Of a DNA stretch of 64,000 bases, positions 27,801 through 40,425 are shown piece after piece (positions within the stretch are counted from its first letter, which is position 1; every line of letters starts with the position of its first letter). Source of the stretch: Balanoglossus misakiensis. Taxonomy: Eukaryota; Animalia; Hemichordata. The DNA is taken from positions 14,522,389 through 14,586,388 of the forward strand of contig CM082580.2 of NCBI GenBank assembly GCA_040954595.2. The letters run 5' to 3'. Below the pieces are notes generated by a model, which saw nothing but the letters and a program-made list of their open reading frames with translations, was not told where the DNA came from and did no database searches. A program made the position numbers and the translations under genes.

Positions 27801-30107
27801 TACAGAGAATCGTTGCACATTTTGTCTACAACAGTCCCATACAGACACATAATCATGAGCTTCTTCCGTTTGTGAAAATTTGAAGGCGAACTATTTCAGA
27901 GATGTCTGTGAAAAACAAATGGTTAGGCAACCAGCCCGACATTCAAAAATATTGCGTTTATTTATATCATTAAATATTCGAAAGTCACTGAAATTTGATG
28001 ATGGTCGTGTTATTTTTTATTCATATTACACCATAACCACAAATCCAGACGGTTGCGGCGGGATGGTGTGATTTGGCGAACTTGACTTCGTCAAAGGTTG
28101 TTTGGTCCGCCGCAGACGACGATTATGCGGCCCATGTTGCATGTTGATTATGTTATCTCTTATTTTCAAATTTATCCACATCTGAGATATCTCTCCATGA
28201 AAAAAAACAGTCATCAATTCCTGAATTTTCTGCAGTTCAGTAACATTTTGACCTGCCTTTGACTTCAGCCTGTATATTTTAATCAGCTCTGGTGGTTATT
28301 ACGTAGGGTGAAATCGAAACCAGTCAAACGTGCGCCGCCGCTTCATTTTCCCGCGCATTGCACTTTGCTAACACGTCAACACGGTTCTAATGAGCCCGGT
28401 GACGGGGAACGATTTTTGAATAGGGAAACTGCTCTTGTGTCTCAACCCTCTCCTGAACGAATTTCGTTCGCTTTTGATTTGTGTGCTTGCTTCAGAGACC
28501 CCTGGAAAATTTTCTGGTCGACCATTCAGATCAGAGATGCTTCGGGATGTGTACCGGCTTGTTTGCGGGCAATCTCGTCTTGCTATCGATGTGGTGGAAA
28601 TTACCACGGTCTGGAATTTGACCCGCTAGTATTTCTCATTGCTAACACAGTTCTAACTTGGTTCCCATCATAAAATCCGACAAATTCTTCCCGTAGACCT
28701 GCCGCTTGGTCGTTTTTTTCTTCGACGCGTCACTCCTTTTTAAAAGTGAACATTCGGTCCTTGATACAGTGATATGCCTTATGATAAAGCGTAGATATAT
28801 TTCTTTAATATGTTTATCTGCGCAATATTGTTTTCCTCGGGTCTGACCTGCAGTGCAGTCGGGCACATTAGAACGATAAACACTAACATTCCTGTGTCAA
28901 ATATTATTTTTGCGCGCGAGTCTGTGTTTGTTAACGTTTCAACAGCAGCAACGTAAAATCTCAGACTCGCGCCGTTTTCTGTAAGTTAAACTTAAAACCT
29001 CTACATGTATGGGTGCATGGTGAAGTCTAAAATAGTCGATCTTCAGTATCATGTACACGGCACTTTCGACATCAGATGAAAGTAACAAAATCGAATGATA
29101 AAATATATCCGACGCAATCATCATTTTGTCGGTCGTTTTTTTTTTCTTTTTGCGACCGTGACGATTGTGCGACTTCCTTTGTGGGTTTTGCGTATGATGA
29201 CTGTGTTCTTTTGCGAACACAAGAAATGACAGTTAAATTGAAAATCTTTACAAATTTTACATTTCACATTTTACACCCCGACATTTTACTGATTTCGCCT
29301 ACAGTGTATGATTCACTCATTGTATGTACAATGTTAATTCATTTATCTATCCATCCGTCCACCCCTGAACTCGTTCGTTTATTTGTTCGTTTTAGCTCTC
29401 TTAATCAAACCTTCCCGCAGTCAAACATGTTAGAGTAGCAAACGATAGCAAAAATAACCGGCTGTCGACAGATACAGTCTCAAAACGAATTTGTACCGTG
29501 CCAACATATGAACGACACCAGTTTTAGAGAAAATACAAATGCCGGCGGATAAGCTATAAACTGCATTGGCCGATGTTTAGAAAACGGACCGGAACAACTA
29601 GGCCGCAACTGCCTGTACAGCTACCAGAGTTAGAGTTAGAGTTGCCAGGGCAACGCCATTCAGCGCAGCAGTCGGAAGTGTGGACTGCAACCCCAACGTG
29701 TACGTGTACCACTCGGTGCGGCTATTCATGCAATGAAATCCGCCCGACAATGAAAGAGGGATGGCAGATTAACCAATCAGGTTGCGTTTCAAAAGCGGTG
29801 AGGTCATCGTCAGACATGGCCGCTGACATGTTTGAAAGAGCAACACAAAAAACACCACGAGTGCCAACTAAGCTGGGTCGGATATACACTGGTCAAAACA
29901 ACTCGTTATGTTTGCCTTGTCAGATTTCAAACCAAAGTCTTTGGTTGTGGTTTAACAACGACGTAACGCAATGCCACTTGACCTCTGAGTTCAACTGGTA
30001 TGCACGGAATGGGCCCGCGAACGACAAAAGGGTGTCGGTCTCAGTTCATTGTGGCAAAGCCTTACAGATATTTATTGTTATTCTTCACGTCAATCACCAT
30101 ATTCAAA

Positions 30108-30240
30108 CTTCATTCATTCATTCATTCATTCGTTCGTTCATTCATTCATTCGTTCGTTCGTTCGTTCATTTATTCACTAACTGACTCCTTCCCTCCCTCC
30201 CTCCCTACCTCCCTCCCCCTCCCCTCACATCCTCTTCCCT
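30108..30240. repeat. (TTCA/TTCG)n followed by (CCCT)n low-complexity tract upstream of BMI1 copy B
   Basis: Visible tetranucleotide repeats and polypyrimidine run. Confidence 0.85.
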
Positions 30241-30426
30241 TGATTTTCTCTCGTGTATTATCACCCACACAAATACGGGAAAAACATTTTCAAGGGGAAT
30301 TTTCCTGTGGGCTTGTTTTTTTCATAATCATGACGGAAAAGCGTAGTTCCACTCAATAGCACTCAGCAAATTTTACTCACAAGCATTTCGCACTTGCCTG
30401 CTTATGTCTGTGGCAGATCGTTGAAG

Positions 30427-33400
30427 ATGAACCGCACACTGAAACTGAAGATCACTGAATTGAACCCACATTTGATGTGCGTGCTGTGTGGTGGTTATTT
30501 TATCGACGCGACAACCATCGTAGAATGTCTACATTCTTGTGAGTATATCAGTTTAATCTTGTCATCTACCGTTTGGCTGTTAGTAGCACAGAAACTTTGC
30601 GCGAAAACATACCCAGAAAGGTTGCATGTATATCGAGGCAACAGTTGTCTGTAAGATCATACACAAAGCAGTGTTTCATCACGGTGACGTAATTTACTGA
30701 CGTGTTTTGCTCCTTCTCCAGTCTGCAAGACGTGTATTGTCCGTTACTTGGAAACCAGCAAATACTGCCCCGTGTGTGACACGCAGGTTCACAAGACACG
30801 ACCACTGCAACATATAAGGTATTGAAACAAACATATTGCCTAAGAGGTGCACTATTTGACATCATGAGGATCTGGTGGATTTTGAGGACAAATCAGCCGT
30901 AATTGCCAAGATATAAAAACTTATTGCTGATTTAGCTGTCAGTAATGATAGAGGCAGGTCATCGTGCGCCACATAGATTTAAAATCTTGGCCTTTTCTTT
31001 GGTTATTATTACGTGGTGTTCCAATTTTGAAACAGGACGGTCCTCAAAAGACGTGGTGCATGACATTTACGAGATATATAATACAAGACACGTGACAGCA
31101 GCGGTACAAGGGATGCAGTGCGATGATAGTAAACAGCCATTGGTCATACAATAGATATGCTATATTTGGTTGAGTTACATATTTTACTGCACTTGGTCGT
31201 ACACACTCTATGTTTATAATCAGGGAAACTCAGAGGTGCATTCCAAAAAGGTGACCTGTTTATCGAATATTTTGTCTGTGTTGTGCGCTGTTTTCGACTC
31301 GATGGTAGATACTATGCAGTCGCCATGGAGGGCGCACATAACATACCCAATCTATTTGCCTCACCCCATCGTAATATCTGTAAGCTAAAAGGTGATATTG
31401 GTTAGTGTGATAGACCCACTTATTGCATATATTGCAATAATTAGATACAAAATTATTTTTTGATATCTTTATTCACCATCAGACCTGATAGAACTCTACA
31501 AGGAATTGTATATAAACTTGTACCAGGATTGTTTAGAGGTGAGTCTACCGAGCTGTACATAAGCTTCCACACCGAGATCTCTTTGTGTACATGTACATAC
31601 TCCAGCTGATGGCATGTTATTTTCCACGACCACTCATCACCTTGGCAACTCCAGTTGTCCACAAACCCTGGAATCCGTTCCCAATGTCGCCCACAAATAT
31701 GTCTGTTTCTAAACCAAAAAGGACTTCTTCGCCTTGATCTTAATCGTAAATTTTGTACTTTTCAGATGAGATGAAGAGGAGGAGGGACTTTTATGCTACA
31801 AATCCACAAACACAGAGTGAGTACCAGTATAAGGGCGGGAAGCGACATTATTGTTGATTTCGAATCTGAACAATTGACTATAGTTGTGTGGTTCTACTGC
31901 AAGTTTGTTTTTCGTTTGCGGGAGAGTAAAGTCGCTCTTCAAAGGAAGAATTTTGATTTGGTAATACGCCATGAGATAAATTTATTTCTTTGACATTTCG
32001 TGTGAATCGACATTTTTATAAAATAGGGAATGAAAGTCGATTTGCCTCAGTATAACCTGAATGTCAAGCACGACAAAATGTCTCATCTCATTAAGATTAT
32101 CAGTGTCAATTCTACATGTATGTTGACTGGTTGTAAGGAGTGTGTTTAGCTGTGCGAAAATAAAAGTCTATCTCACCAAAGCGCCCTGTTGGCAGGTAAC
32201 AATGCTAACTCCTCCAATGCAGAAGAACGTGGTGAAGTGGAGGATTTTGTTTACAAAGACGACGAAAAGATCAGTCTATCACTGCAGTACCATGATGCTG
32301 AACCAATGCACAACGGCAGATGTCCTCGAACGCCTCCTCCTGCGACCAGTAACGACAGTAGTCGCAGCGATGAAGACGTCGGCGAGAAGGTAAATGCCCC
32401 TTTGCTATCGTGTCACATCTTGTGAATATTTAGACACACATGCGCTAATACAATAGTTTGCAGTTCATATTATTTTTGAATATATCGCCAAGCTATATTT
32501 GTCACGCCAAATAACCTACGTGTTTTACCTGCCAAGTGTTTCGGAACCCGCGTTAAAACTTGATTCAAACAATTGCTCCATGCATGTAATTCTCACGAAC
32601 TGTATTTGTATACAGTTAAGCAAAATATAGTAAGTTGAACTAATGATTAGTATTTCAATCTCTTCACCTCTTCTATACAAAATCGAAAGGTTTTCCATCA
32701 TATTTCTGGTGGAAATTCTAGATCACCCGAAATTTTAGGACTTCTGCAGAAGTCGTGTACTGTTGATATTATGATGCAATAACAACCTTTTTTGACGTTA
32801 CCCTAACAACAGTGAATTAATTACAGACTGACATTCGGTATTTGAGATGTCCCGCTGCGGTCACCGTTCACCACATTAAGAAATTTATACGAAGTAAATA
32901 TGGTCTACCTTTATCATATGAGGTAAGTTACATTCTGGACAAGAACGATATTTTCTGCTTCTTCTGATCCTTTTAGGGGTAGTACATTATTGGGAAATTT
33001 ATCGATATGTTGATTTGACGATTAAATTTAACAACCGTTTATACATTGGTATATTACCAATGATGCTCTTTGTATTTTTCGTTGGACGCAGATTGACGTA
33101 ATGTACCGCTATCGAAAGAGCGACGAATCTCTTATAGACCACTTCACCCTAATGGACATTGCGTACCTCTATGACTGGAGAAGAGTAAGTTCAAACATTA
33201 TGAAGTAAAATGAATATGTCATTTTATTGAAATAACTCGCGCTCATCTATTTTCGTCTTCGCTCATTCAGGTATTGCTGAGTTATGCCACCAGTACAGGT
33301 TATATGCCAGAAACATGAGAGAAATATATTGCAATATCCTTTCATGGATTTATTTCAAGAACACGTTACAACAAAACAACAATGTGTGACTCTTGTGCAA

Positions 33401-33792
33401 ACTATCCAATACATTCATTTCATGTTGAACTCAGTATGATTATGCTGTAGTAATGTGGCAAACCCCAAATGCAAGCAATAAAAGTGTTCCAGGTCATCTT
33501 ACTATTGAATACATAGAACTGAAAATTACAAACGTTGTTATGTGAATTCCTTCCATCTTTTGGATTCTCTCAGAAGCGTCCCATGGCTCTGATGTATAAG
33601 GTCAGACAACCACCGGCGAAACGTTTCAAGAAATCAGACCCACCTCCTCTGAGACCAGCTGACACTGCCACGGTAGCGACCACTACAGAAGGCCAGTCCA
33701 GCGGCAAAGCGGAGAAAACAGACTCTGTCCAGTCTACAAGCAGCCTGCATAAGAACAATAACAAGCGTTCAGAACAAATCTGCGACAGTTGA
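30427..33792 (+). CDS. BMI1: Polycomb group RING finger protein BMI1/PCGF4-like, copy B (~305 aa)
   Basis: Exons 30427-30538, 30722-30818, 31483-31538, 31766-31816, 32196-32389, 32827-32922, 33092-33184, 33574-33792 (918 nt). [46 protein letters not shown] domain, [11 protein letters not shown]. Same intron positions as copy A. Confidence 0.95.
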
Positions 33793-36132
33793 AATAAACG
33801 TCACACAATTTAAAGATGAAATTAGCAGAGATATATCGTTTTTACTGGGTTTGGCATCCTACATGCAGTTTGCATCGGCTGACGATAGATGATGTTGACC
33901 TCATTGCGAGATCTCGCAACGGGTTGCTAGCTAAGTAATGCAAGTCAAGCTTTGTATGAAGCTAGACTAGGTGCAGAGTTTAACAAACTTGTAAATTTTG
34001 TGCCGTTTTACACCATGGGCCGTTTGTCGTGTGTCAAATGAGAATGTTAACTGCCTAGACACGCGAGATCTCGCAGGGTTTTGTTGAGTTCGGAAAATGG
34101 TCTATTGCTGTTATAGTCCCACTCTCTTGATGTGATTGTAATTGAGGGACTGTGGATTGGTCAACTTTTTCCCATCGGCCTCGCTTTATGTTCAAATTGG
34201 TGATGGCTGCGCGAGGGCGCTAGACTAATATGAAAAGGGTGTATTCGCTGGTACCAGCTTCAGTGACGAGCGCAAAGAGCAGGTAGTAGACGCAGTGATC
34301 AGCGAAGTTTCGTAAAATACAAATACACACAATCCCGGGACACATTTTCAGTAGCTGGTGTACAGTTGCTGCCGTGCAGCTCGACCACCCTACACAAACC
34401 GTGGGTTCAGACGTGGCATGATGGTGATTTATAATACACAGCGCCATTCGCGGTAGAACTTAGATAGAGGAAAATCAATTATTGGGTGTTCTTGGCTGTT
34501 CCCGTTTTGCTGATGTTGCATCCCATAGATGACAATAATTTATGTCTCTTTGCCAGCCATCCTGCGTCATCTGATTGTGAGTGTACAAACTAACAGTAAC
34601 AGTTTCTTGTATGTAATACTTAGGTGTCCATATACATGATATACAGCCGTGAAATAACCTGTGACTATTTCAGAGGTCACCCAACATATATGAAGAGGAA
34701 TATCTCAATATAAGCGTATTAAAATAGAATTACACCCGAGCATAATCCTATATTAGTAACATAATTCAACACAAACTCCAAATACATCAAAAACTCCTTC
34801 CTCTCAACAACTCGCCATGTTCTTTTATCCCTACAGACATCTTTGCATGGTGACCAGAGGAGTCCAAAGGCCTAACAGCAAGACGGTCACCAGCTGCATG
34901 CTGGGAGCCTTCAAAGATGATCCCAGCAACAGAAATGAGTTTCTGTCGCGAATCGATAATTAAGGTGGTCATGCAAGTTACCCTGTGCCAAATAGGTTTG
35001 CAGGGAATGCAGGGAAGAGATTGGGATCTAGGGATAGACCCTTGGTGATAAGTCTGCAATCGCCGAGTTCTTTGATAAAGTAATTGGCGATGTTTACTCG
35101 TAACTGGTATAGGCTTTGTGCTGTATTTCAGGCATAGTATAATTCATATGGAAGTTAACTTTTTTCTATTAAGCGTATTTCAAGGATTTTATTTGAAAGG
35201 GATCGAATATTGATGCAGGTCTGTAATTGCCTTGTTCGCCGGTGGCTCCATTTTAAAAATAGATGTGAGTGTGACCATTTTAGGGAATTTTGTAAAAGTT
35301 CCTGGCTAGAAGGAGAACCTAAATAAAAGTGCAAATGATTTAGATATCAAAGCAACTCTATTAATGAGAACCCTGGTTGGAAATTCTGGATTATGTGCAG
35401 ATAGTTGTATGATAGTTGTATATAGCCAATATCCAAGCTATCAGTGGCTTCTGGGTCAGTGAACAAAAATAATAATGATATCATTATTTATCGCGACCGA
35501 GTTCATGTTATCAGTATGATAGAGTGAATTCGACCAGTTGTCATTTCCCGTGAAAATAATGCCAGATATACTCGTACATCGGGGAGGTCAGTGTTTTTCT
35601 TGTAAGAAGTGTAGACTTCGGCCCTATACCCACATTTGAGGTCAATAAATAAATTGTAGACCCAAAAACCGATGACAGAACCGTTTTAATTGATTGGCTC
35701 TTGTCTGACGGACTATGCAAATGTGAAAAAGTCCGGCTACACTGAGGTAACATGTACGCCCCCCCCCCCCCCCCCGAACTACACGAATCTCCGTTCTACC
35801 ATGAATACTTGGTATTTAGACATGCTGAAAAATTAAAATTAAAAGGATTTCGAAAATTTCACTTCCACATTCCGAATTTACTTTCAAATATTGTCCTGTT
35901 TATCATAAATTGTCACGAACAGCATTATCGTTTTGTGTGTAGCATGTATAGTGCGCGTATGGTTCAGCCGTTCACTGCCAATAGCATCAACGACGCCATG
36001 TCACGTGATCGACGTTCTGTCATCCCCGTCTGTCTCATTGTGCTTTACGACTGGATCGATTAAACGCCGAGTCCATGTGAATGCAAGGCAGAGAAGTGGG
36101 CTTCACCATACGGGAGCTAGTGACAGATTTCT

Positions 36133-39100
36133 ATGATGTGCAGCCGTCGAAATCTGGCCCGCTGTTTAGCCGTCATGGGGTTGTTCTGCATTGCTGCTGT
36201 GTACAAAGGTGGGAGTTCTCTGTATGTGTCAACTGTGCGCTTCAAATAGAGCCGCTGGGTCACTTAACCTTGATTTTAAATGTGTTCCGATTGCTGGCTT
36301 TATTGTTTACAAGGTCATTCTCGTGGACATTGGACAATAAGTTCACCTTGCCGTTTAGTGCGTTCTATCCACACTCTGCTCTCCTGTTGGTCTGGGCATA
36401 GACAGTAGAGGGAAGTACAATCTGATTAAAATCAGATGTAGGGAACGGCGACGTGGTTTTTTTATGCTGTCGCCTCACACTACATCTGACCAACTACAAC
36501 TGGAGATCTCGCTGAACTCTCGCGTTCCGACCCGGCCAATCAGATTGCGTGTTATGCCGACTAAAGAATTGCACTGGGAGATGGGAGAAATGTTGTTGTT
36601 GACTTCGAGTATCGCACAGAATACGAAAGATTGGCTTTCTCTTGTGAACAATTTACATGTAATCCCATGGTACCTTTTATTGTTTGGCGTCATCGTATTC
36701 GAGTGGTTTTCGCAGAGCAGTGGAAACGTCGAGCTGTAGCCATATACAAATGATAAACTGTCGTTGATCATTTATAAACTCTCCTAACAAGTCATGTTCG
36801 CCCTCGTAGTCATGCTGCCAGTCGGAAAATGACGTACTTCATGTAAAAGTTTATAAAAAATAAACCAAATTTCACTGCCAAGTATCCCAAAACAATTTAT
36901 GTGACAGATTTATAAAAAGAACGCTAACTTCGGCTAAGAAATGTCAAGTCATAGCTCCGCCTTCAGGTCTGTGTGTTCCCGACGCACCACAGCCCTGAAT
37001 AAGGCCCCATAGACAAAACTGTTGCGTCTGCGGTCCGGACCCAGACGCCCGACCGCAGCTTTTTCTGTCGAAATTCGATTTTATCGAAGCAAAATCCTTT
37101 CCCTGTCTACTTCAACCGACCCCAAATATGATGCGATTAACTTCTTCTAACGTCCGTGTAACGCCGGGAACACACAGACCTGCACGCAGAGCTAGTCAAG
37201 TCAGTGCACTCTCGTGTAAACAAACGATCGCGGCGACAGAATCTCTCCCTGGGACGGCCTTACACAAATGTAATCGATTCTCTAACAATTTTACTGCGAC
37301 ATGTTGCCACGTCTTATACATTTCGTTGACCGGTGGAATATAGAGGTTCAGTCGTCACGCTGAACTGGCTCGAAAACCATTCCCCACGCTGATTCGACTC
37401 TCGCGCCCGGGATTTATGTCTGTGGTAGCTCCATGGTAACAACCGCAAGGGGCCAGGTCATGTGATTGTGGGTTGCCTATCATTTGCTATAAGGCGCCTT
37501 CTGATTGGATTAGAATCCCAGTAATTCTCGCGGAGTTCAGCGAGATCTCCAGTTGTAGTTGGTCAGATGTAGTGTGAGGCGACAGCATAAAAAAACCACG
37601 TCGCCGTTCCCTACATCTGATTTTAATCAGATTGAGGGAAGTATAACACATTTACTGTTCAGGGGCGGCTTTGTCTTCTGATTGCAGACCCCCCCCCCCC
37701 TCCTTGCTTGCAGGTTTCTTCCACGCGCGCGCGGCCGGCCGAGTTCATTTTGTTTACCTCCAGCTCGCGTGCGTCACCGTCCTTCCACCCATCGGCCAAG
37801 CCCTTTTTAATTAGTAGTCAGATGTGATCATATTCTCTTTGGTCCATTCTGATTCATATCCATGCTGTTATCAACTACACACTCAACTGACGACCGTATT
37901 TTCTAGCGCAACGATGACTCCGCACTCACTGAGTCGTTTATACATCAGCCAACAAGATTATGAATTTCAGAACAGTAAACGCCGCGCCGGTGATATCTCT
38001 CCGGATTGGAACTGTACCACCATGAACCACGCCCCGTCTTAGTCGTGTTTACATGTACAATCACGGTCATCGTGTTACAATCGACAATTACAAAAATCTC
38101 CGTGGCCCGAAGCAGAGACAGTTGAAGCCTGAATGAAGTACAATCCGTGGTGCGTCCGTGGGAATGTGGGAATAACAGAGCGTACATGATCGACACTGCC
38201 GGTTTCTACTCTACCTCTTACATTATGCATGATTAGAAGCCAGAGCGTCAGAGTAGAAATCATGTACAACCACTGAATAAATGCAGGCAGGGTGTGCACA
38301 CAATGGTTACGTCTTCTTACGTAATCGACCCTGGTGTCCTGTAATTCTCCATGGTTGTGAAATTTCTCTACACATACATGTACGTCGGCTGGAAGGGTCA
38401 ATCCACTGGATAAGGGTCTCTTGAATTTTCGACTGTACTGATCATTATTTCTTTTATTTTTTGGCCATTTTGTCATAAATGTTTTATTGATTTACTATCA
38501 GGCAATATAATTTAATAGACAGAAGCGTATCCGTTTATTGACTTGCAGCGCCTGCCGTGTCCAACGTCTAAACTTCCAAATTTTCGTCGTTGAACAAACA
38601 ACTGCACGCCCGGTAAATCAACCCACAGATCTATTTACTTTGTCTCCGGTTTACCATTTGCAGATGTTGACTTTGATCTTGATATGGCTGTGTGCCTGTG
38701 ACCTGTGTACAGGTCACGGACACGTAGTCACAGAGGCCGTGAGTTACTTGTAGATTGAAAGATACAGTCGTGTGCGGGCGCTCCGCTGTGCCTATGTCCT
38801 CTACTCACAGGACTCTGTCAGTCCAGCCGTGAGTGTGACGCACCAAAGACACGAAACGCAGACGCAAGGGTTTTTTTGCTTACCTTATGAAATCTTTAAT
38901 CGACCACTGATGAATCCATGTGAACATGCAAAGAACTAAGAAACTGTGGGGTCCCGGATAATCTATGCATGATCTGTGTTTGTTGGCACAAATGAATGAA
39001 TGACAATGCATTTATTTTTCTGTGACAGGTTTACTGAATGGTAAAGTTATCAAAGGCCCGTCTCACTTTGGTGTAGAGAGATTTCACCAGCTGGCTGACA

Positions 39101-40158
39101 GTGACCTTAGAAACCTTCAGGGCGCATTAAATTTAACGAACACAAACAATCAGGTAATGATGAATATAGAACACCCGACGTAAAACCATAGAATTAGAAA
39201 TAAGGACACAATTGTGCTGTTTTACTTTTAACTCGCTGTTTGAATCATGTACGTCAACTTCTCTTCATCTTCATGGTTACAGGGTGACAACCGTATTTCA
39301 AACGAAACTGTGGTCAGGCAAGCGGAACCGAATTTGGTAGATGTACTTGAAAGCAGAAAACAACTTGTTCGCGACGTCTGTGGAACTCTTCATTTGGAAC
39401 ATGCAGATTTGGAAGCTGTGACGTTAAACACGACAATATACGTCGACGACAAGTACAAGTTTCTTTACTGCCCAATCCACAAAGTGGCCACTGCTAACTG
39501 GAGACGAGTTCTGATGGTGTTGGCTGGCGACGTCCGCAATGAAACAATGGTTGGCAAATCACACTACTTTGAGTACACCTCAAAACACAAGCCTCTGAAG
39601 AAATACCCGCCACAAGAGCGCATCAAGCGTCTCAAAACGTACACCAAATTCATGTTCGTAAGGCATCCCTTTGAGAGATTACTTTCGGCGTATCGGGACA
39701 AGTTTGAGATGGGGGTGAAGCATCAAGAATGGTGGTACATGCAAACTTTCGGTGTGCCAATCAAAAAATGGGCACATCCAAACATGTCTTCCCGCGAGCT
39801 GATGGCGCAGCGAACTAAAGTGACGTTCGATGAGTTCATTGGCTACGTGTCTGCGTATGCAAATACCAAGAAAATTGACATGCACTGGGAACAATACCAC
39901 AAACTCTGTCGGCCATGCGACATCGAATACGACATCATCGGAATGTATGAGACTTTAGAACGAGATTCCAATTATGTACTAGAAAAGATAAACGCAATTG
40001 ACAAAATACATTTCCCTGCAGTGCAACTTAACAACCACCGTACTTACACGTCGTCGGATTTGCTTACTGGGTATCTATCCAAACTCTCAGATGAATTGTT
40101 GAAAACGTTGAAACAAACATACGCACTTGACTTTCAAATGTTTGGATATGACATGTAA
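36133..40158 (+). CDS. Carbohydrate sulfotransferase 11-like (Sulfotransfer_2 / HNK-1ST family), ~358 aa
   Basis: Exons 36133-36208 (MMCSRRNLARCLAVMGLFCIAAVYK, signal anchor), 39029-39153, 39283-40158. PAPS motifs YCPIHKVATANWRR and FMFVRHPFERLLSAYRDK, plus HWEQYHKLCRPCDIEYDIIG and YALDFQMFGY. The 5' exons are inferred from phase and hydrophobicity. Confidence 0.9.
36418..37634. mobile_element. Non-autonomous DNA transposon, ~105-bp TIRs, 9-bp TSD (Mutator-like), in sulfotransferase intron 1
   Basis: CAATCTGATTAAAATCAGATGTAGGGAACG... at 36418 is the reverse complement of the end at 37634, with a perfect AGGGAAGTA duplication on both flanks. Confidence 0.9.
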
Positions 40159-40425
40159 ATAGATGATCTGGAATATACATTCTGGTTCATCAGCAATAAA
40201 GAAATATTTACAGCGCACATCGGCTCTATATGTACTTATCTCCTGCATAGCAGCATGTTGAATCGACAAGATCAGGCTGTTAGCTCTGTCTTTAACCGAG
40301 CCACGCCCTCAGATTCAAAAGAATACTAGCTGGTTTTGACCACTAATAAAAGCTGTTGTCTATCAGTAATTCAACGTTTTCCTATTTGGGACTGAATTGA
40401 TACATGTAGTGTCATAGTGTACGTG

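Noticed and set aside
29573-30184. 203-aa ORF upstream of BMI1 copy B
   Set aside because: Runs into a microsatellite and has no recognisable domain; probably a chance ORF in promoter/UTR/intron sequence.
38075-38476. 133-aa minus-strand ORF in the sulfotransferase intron
   Set aside because: No motif support and no linked exons.
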